DNA of 10,152 nucleotides. Source: Amoeboradix gromovi X-113. Lineage: Eukaryota > Fungi > Sanchytriomycota. Numbering within the stretch: position 1 is the stretch's first letter; every line of letters begins with the position of its first letter. The DNA is taken from assembly GCA_018985225.1 (NCBI GenBank), contig JADGIF010000358.1:1-10152 (forward strand), in the 5' to 3' direction. The position numbers and the translations under genes were made by a program. Of this stretch, positions 1 to 8,177 are shown in pieces. Below the pieces are notes generated by a model. It did no database searches. It was not told the DNA's origin and was given only the letters and a program-made list of their open reading frames with translations.

Positions 1-472
1 TACGAGACTCATCTGCCTGACAAGTTTTGGTTAAGACTTTCATTTTCATTTATTTGATTAGTTTTCGTTGGGTATCCTCCCAGTAACTCCAAATTCCGCA
101 TGCAAATATTAAATGTTTCCAAAATAATGCAGATAAAACTAAGCCAAAAAATGAACACGGATATTCTAGGAGCTTTTGTCTTAATATATGCGATGTTATA
201 ATTATTAAGTCGATTAGTTATAATTGAAAAGAGAAGAGACCCTTTTTCTACCATCCAAGGCCTTAATTATTGCTGATTTTATGTATAAGGTACAGTTAAT
301 ATTTGTTAGATTAACACGTCCTTGTACTTCTGGAAGAGTATCTAGCCTTTGAAAATCTGAAGATTGGGACTCGCAATATTGTCTATCTTCCAAGTCTATA
401 TATTTTAATTTTTATGACATAAAACGCTGCAATAACTACTAGAAGCGCCATACTTGTAGTTCCTACTGTTAA

Positions 473-490
473 ATCGGTCTTAAGACCGAT
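473..490. repeat. Perfect 18-bp palindrome ATCGGTCTTAAGACCGAT
   Basis: The sequence equals its own reverse complement. Flanking GTTCC (459-463) and GGAAC (491-495) could extend the stem across a bulge. Confidence 0.9.
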
Positions 491-701
491 GGAACTTACA
501 CAATTTTCCTTTATGGTAAACGAGTTCGTATACATTTATAACTGTTCACTAATATCTGCCATATTAATTGCGGAAGTGTTTTTGCTGCACTTCTTCCCAC
601 AATGTCTCCGGATGGACTTTTTAGCAACCAGGAACCCTATTGTTTTTTAAGGCAATTCGTGACTACCAACTTGAAAAGGACTTAAATATATGAGAAATGC
701 G

Positions 702-1100
702 CCACCTGAATGAATCAAACCAAAGGGCCAGAAAAGTTTGGGCCGGGATTCCGGCTGAAAGTCTCGACCAATAGGCTTCCGTGAATATCTCGACCTAAAT
801 GTATCGAGTCCATGTCCACCTCAATGAATCAAAAAAGGGCCAGAAAAATCTGGGCTCAGATTCGCGCCCAGATTCAACCAATCAGCTTCCTCGAATATCT
901 CGACCAATCATCTTCATCGGATATCTCGACATAAAAGGTGTCAATACCACGTCCACCTAAATGAATCAAAGTGGTGGCTGGGTGGGAATTCTCACCCAGA
1001 TTCTCGACCAACTGGATACCACGAATATCTCGACCTAAAAATAGAAAGTGTGCCCACCCAAATAGATCAAAGTGGTGGCTGAACCGGAATCCCGGCTCAG
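702..1100. repeat. Degenerate higher-order tandem array: 3 units plus 1 partial, each CCACC-AATGAATCAAA box + 22-nt hairpin + TCTCGACC subrepeats
   Basis: CCACC(T/C)NAAT(GA/AG)ATCAAA starts at 702, 816, 953 and 1054. Hairpins lie at 738-759, 850-871, 978-999 and 1079-1100. TCTCGAC occurs at 762, 788, 898, 924, 1002 and 1028, with a variant ATTCAACC at 872. Confidence 0.9.
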
Positions 1101-1620
1101 GATCTCTTTTCGAAATTCGCTGATACTCTCAAGTATATTCTTTGTTTCTTTATTTGGGACATGCTCTGTAAAAACTAGACTAGACAAATTGTATCTAAAT
1201 TTCAAAAGTAAAATAGCTTGTACATCTAGTCTCTTACTCTTTCACACAGTCTTTGTTTTAGAGTTATAGGATAACTACTAGCTTTATAATAACGATTTTA
1301 ATTAAAATATCACTATTGCTCTGTAAAAACGAGTCTCGGCTGCTATAATGCTCTTCGTATAAATGCGATTCTCATTAAAAAATTAGCAAATCATTAGATG
1401 CATCGATTTTAATAGTCTTGGTGCTTTGCTTCTATCCAAGAAATTTAATCTTTTCCATTACACTCAACTTCCAAACGGTACAAGCAATTTCTTTACAATC
1501 ACATCATCAGTAAACTTGTCTTGTAAAAAGCTAATTTCCCACGGGAATCGCATAACATCCTTGTATTTATTTCTTTAAATTCATATAATTCTTTTGATTC
1601 CTTGAAACTTATAGCGGCTC
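1101..1620 (-). pseudogene. Possible decayed gene fragments of unknown family abutting the repeat array
   Basis: Short protein-like open stretches on the minus strand (NKYKDVMRFPWEISFLQDKFTDDVIVKKLLVPFGS; SKRLDVQAILLLKFRYNLSSLVFTEHVPNKETKNILESISEFRKEI) separated by stops and frame changes. No recognisable domain. Confidence 0.2.
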
Positions 1621-2195
1621 GCTAAGTCCAATGATAACCAAATCGTAAAGAAATCAATGAATGAGATTATAAATAATGATTGAACGAGTGTCAAGTATAA
1701 TCTTTTCCAAAGTTTCGAAATCCAGGATAAGACTGTTTAGCAAATGAAAGTTAGAAGACGAGCACAGACTAGCATCTTGCATCAAAAAATGAAATGTGGA
1801 TGGAAAGAAGGTGCTGCAGTTTTCTAAGAAATAAGTCTTGTTTATTTTTCACTATTAAAATCCAATTAACCATTTACGTGGATTGACCTTATTGGCTAGT
1901 TACTTATACGAAAACCATCATCGAAAAATTTAAAAAAAAATTAAGGACTAGGTAGAATAAGAATCTTTTTTGGCTAAAATTCGATTTTGAACTTATAGCA
2001 GTGTTATTTTCCAGTGTGGAAAGTGTACAGTAATGATAAACATTGTAAAAATCACATATTTTTCCAATAAAATGGAAAAGAAAAAGAAAAAGAAAAAAAA
2101 GAATGCTGCAGTAAAACCAAGCAACCATGCTTTAATTGATCGGAAGATTATAAATAAAGATATGAGCTTACGTATTTCGTCAATTCTTATTTATT

Positions 2196-3058
2196 TTAAA
2201 CGCTGCGAATGACATAGAATTTATGTTTACATAGAGGGCATTCTCTATGACCATTGTTACTTAATTTAGTAATGCAATCTAAACAGTATCTATGACCACA
2301 TTCAATAACATGATCTTTAATCCTTAACATACAACTTGGACATTTAATTCCTTGGATTTCTACGTTAAAATCATGAATTTGCATTCAAATTATCTCTCTT
2401 TGCTTGACATATCTGGTTGGTGTCCCAATAGGTAATTCTTGTAGTACTTCCACTTTATTAGCATTGAGTAATTGAGTTTGCAGAACACTAAGTTGTCTAT
2501 TCAATACTGAAATATCATTCGTCAATCTAACAACGGTTTCCCTTTTCACTGCAATGTTTATACTTAATTCCGCATTGACGTTGGCCAACACAGAATTATT
2601 TGCTCGTTCTAATTGTTCAATCTCATCTTTAAAATAATCCTTGACTTTCCCATTAATTCTATCACACATATAAGCACCAATATCACTCCCATACTCTATC
2701 AATATTTTACCGATCTCTTTTGATTTAGTCAAAATCAATGCAGTGTCTCCATTATTTCTTTTAATGTTTACATTGGCATGTTGTTTTAACAATAATGTAA
2801 CACACTCTATATTACTATACCGAGCAGCCCGCATTAACGCTGTAGCTCCATTATTATCTAGTGTATCCACATTGGCATTCCGGACCAATAAGTATTTAAC
2901 AATCCTAACTTTACTCAAATGACACGCAAACATCAGTGGTGTTATTTATATCTGTCATGAATAATACAAAGTGCATCAATTGTACCTCCATCTACCAATC
3001 TCCCACACTCTACTACCTCCTCGCGTAGAATAAAATGTTTCCATTCTTCTGATGACAT
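2196..3058 (-). pseudogene. Ankyrin-repeat / coiled-coil / C3HC4 RING E3 ubiquitin ligase, interrupted
   Basis: ATG at 3058 gives MSSEEWKHFIL...HDRYK. A 1-nt frameshift near 2945-2947 restores ITPLMFACH (ankyrin TPL motif). Further repeats are GATALMRAA and GDTALILT, followed by a heptad-rich segment. An in-frame TGA (2385-2387) is followed directly by the RING CPSC...CGHRYCLDC...CPLC in the same frame. Confidence 0.8.
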
Positions 3059-3970
3059 TTTTTGTTTCACTGAGCCACCATAAAAGATACAAGATTTCTT
3101 AGTTACTGGTGAAAACATGTTATAACCAAATGTAACGACAGCACACAGTTCCTTAGCATATCACTTCTCGCAATGACTACGGTCACTAATGTATTCCATT
3201 AGAGATGTATAGAGTATGAAGATTGATGAATCCTATATTTCTATGAGTCGCCCGCACTCGTTTGCGTCCAACAGACACCCAGGGCATAATACCGGTCACA
3301 TCATGTGCTGTCTCTTGTGACCTTAACTGAAGATTTAAAGAATGTCGAATTTTTGAGTACCAAGCTGAGTCGTGCTAGATAATTAGCTGCGTGTGTTATT
3401 CTGCAGAATCAGAAGTGAAATGGCGAGGTTCGCCAAAGTCCATATGCCAAGAATGATCTCAGCCAAGCGTTAAGGATTGCTGATATCTCTTCATCGATTA
3501 CACCCCTTTCGAGATGGCCGATATTCTGACAGCATTTGAAAACATATCATGAATAAATTATACATATGAGACCCTCTTTTAAATTTGCCTCGATCATTTA
3601 GATTTGCATTTCAAGTTATGGACGAATTTAATAATGTAACACAATATTTTTCATCAGATTTAGCAAAATGACCTTATTATTAATCCATATTTCTTTATTT
3701 ACATGAACAAATCCAAGGATATCGTTCTGAATATCATCATCATCAGGATAGCAATAAATATTCTAAAAGAGCTCAGACAACATGTCTTGTTTTTTTCCTT
3801 TTAGAACCGCCTTTAATGTAAGCTAACAGTTTTGATATTTTATTGTGTTCCTTATGGTTATGTAACGGGTATAAAATAACTCTAGATATAATCTTGAATC
3901 TTGACTTGTAGCAGCTATATATATATTACCATTCCACACACAGATTTGATCATATTGATCTTGATGAAAC

Positions 3971-4495
3971 TTAAGTTAATATCCAAAAAACTTCTTGAAG
4001 AATTGAGCTATAGTCGATACTTTGAAAACTGTCTTCATAAAGCTCAAGCCTAATTTCGAACGCTACAAAGATTGCATCGTCCTTAAACCTCATAATGTTA
4101 CTCTTATTTTTCCGATCATTATTGCATGTACCACTCTTACATATTGGAACAAGCATGCCATAATTTTTCAAATTTTCAATTGAGTAATTACATTTGTTGG
4201 GATAAGTGATCTTCAAATCATCATCATCTACATTACCCAGATCAACATGCCCACCAACAGGAGCAACTCCGGGTTCCTTGCAGCATATATTGTAGCACTT
4301 CTTCTCTTCTCGATCTTCCCATTTTGTGTCCATGAGAGCTTCTTTCCATAATTTTATCGTAGCCCTTCCTCTCAAAGAGTCAAAAACCTCGGAGGAGTTC
4401 TCAATGTTCTTGACAGAGATTTCTCTACCGGTTTTCACAGCTAAAAGAACAAGGACGACATCCGCACTTTGTTTCTCATGTTTTTTTTCTTCCAT
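3971..4495 (-). CDS. Hypothetical Cys/His protein with HNH/His-Me finger-like motif (possibly the 5' part of a longer decayed gene)
   Basis: 174-aa ORF with CYNICC...VGGHV...LVPICKSGTCNN, a pattern resembling zinc-binding beta-beta-alpha-Me domains. Broken protein-like frames continue to about 3500. Confidence 0.5.
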   Translation of the reverse strand: MEEKKHEKQSADVVLVLLAVKTGREISVKNIENSSEVFDSLRGRATIKLWKEALMDTKWEDREEKKCYNICCKEPGVAPVGGHVDLGNVDDDDLKITYPNKCNYSIENLKNYGMLVPICKSGTCNNDRKNKSNIMRFKDDAIFVAFEIRLELYEDSFQSIDYSSILQEVFWILT

Positions 4496-4766
4496 TCGTT
4501 ATAACTTCAAGCCACACTTAGTCTAATTTATGATTGACATCCTTGTGATTTTATCAATATCACTAGTAGTTGCTGTCTCTTCTGACTGTCCAAACATGAT
4601 AAATTTGGCGATTGGAATGATAATGAATGTTTTTCAACCGAGTAAAATGTCTATTTTATCAACAGATTGCTGCAGTGCAGGTATTGGTGTGACTTGTACT
4701 AATGGTATGGTTACTAACATTGATTGGTCATATCTAGCATTGGATGGAATTATTAAGGGTAATTAT

Positions 4767-5162
4767 CTGCCAAGTGGATTGAGATCTTTGTCCTTATATG
4801 CAAACAAACTAACAGGATCCATTCCGACGTCATTTCCAAGTGGATTGATTTCCTTGGAACTAAGTGAAAACCGTTTGACAGGTTCCATTCCAAGCACATT
4901 ACCCAATGGATTGACATCTTTATCATTATTCTACAACGAACTAACAGGTATAATTCCAAATACATTACCATATGAATAGATTTACATATATTTGGATTTC
5001 AATTTAATATCTGGACCAATTCCAGCCAATTTACCTAGTTCATTAACATCCTTCACTGCATATAACAACCTTCTAAACGGTACTATTCCAAGTACATTAC
5101 CAAATGGTTTACTTGGTCTGGGTTTAAGGAATAACCATTTTGTCGGTGATCTGCCAATTCAA
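4767..5162 (+). repeat. Six 66-bp coding repeats (22-aa LRR units)
   Basis: LPSGLRSLSLYANKLTGSIPTS / FPSGLISLELSENRLTGSIPST / LPNGLTSLSLFYNELTGIIPNT / LPYE*IYIYLDFNLISGPIPAN / LPSSLTSFTAYNNLLNGTIPST / LPNGLLGLGLRNNHFVGDLPIQ. Confidence 0.9.
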
Positions 5163-6248
5163 TATCCATCAACATTGCTAAATTTAATTTTAGGATAACC
5201 GGGTTTATCTGGAAATCCCGGTGACCATTTTACCGGTACCTTAAGACTTAATAAACCTGTAGGATTATACATTAATGACAATTATATTACTGATGTAATT
5301 ATTAATGACACAAGTACTATAACAGGTTGTAGTTTGTCTAATAATCCACTATTAGGTAATCCAAATATTATTGGTTTAATCATGTGTGACATGGCAGCGT
5401 TATATGATCCCAATTTACTACCAATTACAGTCTCAAAGACATCTTCCATGACAATATTTAGTAGCAGTGCTTTAGTAAATTCTGTTTCCAGTATCATGAC
5501 TACTGATTACAGCAGCTATACAATTGCATCTAAAATGAATAGTATTAGCAGCGATTTAACAAAGTCGTTAAACAGTAGCATCATATCAGATATCTTCAGT
5601 GTTCAAGAGAGTAATGCAACTACATTAGCATATTCAACTAAACGCACTGCTACAACCATTTATCAACTATCAATCAAGCCGCAAACCTCAAAAACTCTAG
5701 AACGTACTCAAACCAGTGTGGGCACAATTTATAGATCATCTTTGATGGATAGTACCACCCATGAGCACGCTGAAATTGTAGCTCTATCATCACAGACAAC
5801 TAGTGTATCCGCAACAGAAATATCATCTACAGCAATTGCAACGATTTCAACCTCAAAAACTTATACTGGTACACACCTCACAAATACACACCTCTTTGTC
5901 AAAACGCATGAGAACATTGATAAAAGCACATTTCAAACGCTTATTTTGAACAATGATGCTACCATCAAAGTAAGCAAACTCAAAACAATCAGCACTATTT
6001 CTTTATTAAAGACAAAATCCAAATTTATGCGAATTATATCAACTATGCCTGCTAGTCAAATTGAATCCGATCAATCATATTCAACTATACCAATATTACA
6101 AAATCAGGATGCAAATACTACAAGTAGTAATACCGGTATCATTATTGCAATATTAGTTGGTATTTCAGCCATAATTTTTGCAATTGTTGGAATTAAAAGA
6201 TATAAAGCATATAGAGATGGACAGAAAATGTTGAAGACAACAATAAAA

Positions 6249-6268
6249 GTAATTTTATATTTATTTAG
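6249..6268 (+). other. Candidate 20-nt spliceosomal intron
   Basis: GTAATTTTATATTTATTTAG has GTAA...TAG ends and an all-A/T interior. Removal gives the polar tail ...KTTIK/MLREYNDK* instead of VILYLFRC*. Confidence 0.45.
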
Positions 6269-6523
6269 ATGTTGAGAGAATACAATGACAAGTAAATATC
6301 TGGCTGTTGATTCGTGCAAGTCAACAAGTCTACTATTGTCTATCATAGTGAGTAGCTTTGCTTTCTGCACCTGTGGCAAGGCCTTGGCACAGAAATTTAG
6401 AAACACATATCTCAATGGTAGAAGATAAACGCATCAGAAGCACAAAGGTTTGGGAGGGATTTAACTCGCTTAAGTAAATAATGTGTTTCTTCCGTCTTGC
6501 GCTCTGAAATAGCCCAAGGTAGC

Positions 6524-7120
6524 TTAGTTTAATGGCGCCATAAGCTGATTAGCATTCTTTGTGAATTGTTTAAGAAATTTCAAAGATTTCTTCTCCCTTT
6601 CTAAGCGCTGTTCTAACATAGCAGTTAGTAAATAATCGTAAAGCATTCTACATTCTAGTGCTAAATATTTATTCATCTTATATCTTGCAAATTGTTCAAA
6701 TTATAATATTGCACAGCTATAGGATTGTTGACTTTCCATTACCACGCGTTCTCTCTCTTTTCTCCGTGCTTCTAACATCGCTTGTAGCATGCTTTCTCTA
6801 TATAGAGAACTGCTTTTAGTGTTTACTTGTCTATTCTTTGCATGCTCGTTTGTTGTTCTTTTCTTTTCTCTAATCTCGCTTTCCGTAGCTCGATGTTGAT
6901 TTCCAGATAAAACTATATTTCTTCTCCAACTATTTATTTATCTACATCTTCTGATATTTCACTTGCGTATTTGATAATGCTCTTCCACGGCTCCTTTTTT
7001 GCAAAAATAGCATACTTTCCAACAATTAATAGCGACTTCTTAGCACCACTGATTGCAACGTTTGTTTTGTTAAGATCCTTGTTAAACCCAATTGTAGTAG
7101 TCCTCACCAAGGACAATATC
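6524..7120 (-). pseudogene. 5'-truncated SF1 (Upf1/DNA2/Sen1-like) helicase C-terminus with charged helical tail
   Basis: ILSLVRTTTIGFNKDLNKTNVAISGAKKSLLIVG...W matches the AAA_12 end (ILSxVR..IGF..NVAISRAK..LIIVG), with motif VI Arg read as Gly (7045-7047). After a frame change near 6930 an E/R/K-rich frame runs to TAA 6524-6526 with one internal TAA (6701-6703). Upstream helicase motifs are absent. Confidence 0.75.
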
Positions 7121-7203
7121 ACACTAGCAATATGCAGACTACTCGGAATGCAACTACTTGGTCTATGAATTTAATGAATCAGAATAAGAAATCCGGAACA
7201 GCC
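7121..7203 (+). repeat. Exact 83-bp direct repeat, copy 1 (copy 2 at 10070-10152)
   Basis: ACACTAGCAATATGCAG...TCCGGAACAGCC is identical at both sites; the preceding base differs (C vs T). Confidence 0.97.
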
Positions 7204-7248
7204 AGCAGAATTGTAAATTTTTGGCTAATGCTCGTTATGGCAATGTGA
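7121..7248 (+). pseudogene. Orphan 3' end of the second LRR gene with hydrophobic C-terminus (GPI-signal-like)
   Basis: In the LRR2 frame it reads TSNMQTTRNATTWSMNLMNQNKKSGTASRIVNFWLMLVMAM*, with TGA at 7246-7248 and AATAAA at 7251-7256. Confidence 0.7.
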
Positions 7249-8177
7249 AAAATAAATAGCTGAATGTAGTTTTTAGACAATCTTCAAGCTATTAAAAGTA
7301 TAGCATCTTTAAATTAGCTTCTGTCAGTGTCTACAATGGTTATCCATTGTAAAAATTATGATGTATTTTGCAATCTGATACTAGTCGAAGCAGTTATAAT
7401 GTCACCATCTTTTCCGAGTTGTTCTTTCGCCATTTTCTATTAAACATGAATCGACCCAATGTCTTGGTCTATTGTATTTATAAGCTATTTGTAGCTTTGT
7501 AGATATAATGACCGCTTGAGCTTGATTTATGCAGTATTTAACATTTTTCGTCTTTATTATAATATCTTTTCGCAAACTAAAAGTAAATCACAGCTCAATA
7601 ATTTAGCGGAATAACCATTTTTGCCTTTGAAATGACAATTATCTTTCCAACAATTCTTTATCCAGATACTTCCAATGAGAAAAATGTGATACTCTTCCTT
7701 TCATCAATGGCCAATAGATCGAAGCCTCGAGATATACCTAGTATATGTACTGCATGCTCTTGAAAGCTTAGAACCTTGCCTAAGAATGAACTATTCGGTG
7801 CATTTATAATTCTTGGTTACTTGAGACAATAAATAGAAATGTTTCATGTTATTTACTACACAAATAGGATACCATAGTAATAGACTTAAGTCAAGAAAAT
7901 CCATTTATATATCCAATGTGCTCTCTTTCTTGTTGCCCATAGCTGCACAAAAACTAATTCTTTCTTCATCTACTACAGAAGTCTGAATTACCACAATGAG
8001 AGTACGCAAATCTAGAGACGCGACCAAATGATAAAGAACACACTCTTTGGAACTGATCCAATAATGAAAAGCTTGTCTAAAGAAAGAGGAAAGTCGTAGG
8101 TGGAATGTACTCACCAATTAATTAGTATAAGATATAGGCTTGAAAAGACCCAATTTGGCGACATAAGCATATAATCT

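Larger units (their letters stand above)
4530..6295 (+). pseudogene. Cell-surface LRR receptor-like protein (signal peptide, Cys caps, 22-aa LRRs, Ser/Thr stalk, TM) with two in-frame stops
   Basis: ORFs 4530-4979, 4992-5198 and 5334-6275 share one frame, separated only by TAG (4977-4979) and TAA (5196-5198). The LRR consensus LPxxLxxLxLxxNxLTGxIP continues across them. C-cap is CSLSNNPLLGNP..MC..LY.P.LLP; TM is IIIAILVGISAIIFAIVGI followed by KR. The 6295 end assumes splicing of 6249-6268, otherwise 6275. Confidence 0.85.

Noticed and set aside
9-535. ORF 9-254 and upstream minus-strand frames as a membrane protein gene
   Set aside because: There are three short frames with hydrophobic stretches but no recognisable domain; possibly a decayed gene, not supportable.
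702-1100. CRISPR array
   Set aside because: The inter-repeat segments are homologous to each other, unit lengths vary (114, 137, 101 bp), repeats are degenerate and no cas genes are present.
1904-2128. 74-aa Phe-rich ORF
   Set aside because: It derives from (AAAAAG)n and poly-A low-complexity sequence.
4326-4526. Plus-strand 66-aa ORF
   Set aside because: Antisense shadow of the 3971-4495 ORF.
4948-4979. Intron GT...TAG removing the LRR in-frame TAG
   Set aside because: It would delete conserved GIIPNTLP residues and shift the frame (32 nt).
4753-6415. Minus-strand ORFs 4753-4971, 5282-5497 and 6104-6415
   Set aside because: Antisense shadows of the LRR gene.
6512-6580. tRNA-like sequence (TAGCTTAGTTTAATGG A-box-like)
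   Set aside because: No T-arm GTTCRA motif and no acceptor stem.
6971-7168. Plus-strand 65-aa ORF
   Set aside because: Antisense of the helicase remnant crossing the junction.
7600-8117. Minus-strand fragments including ORF 7905-8117
   Set aside because: Possibly a decayed gene, but it has multiple stops and no identifiable motif.
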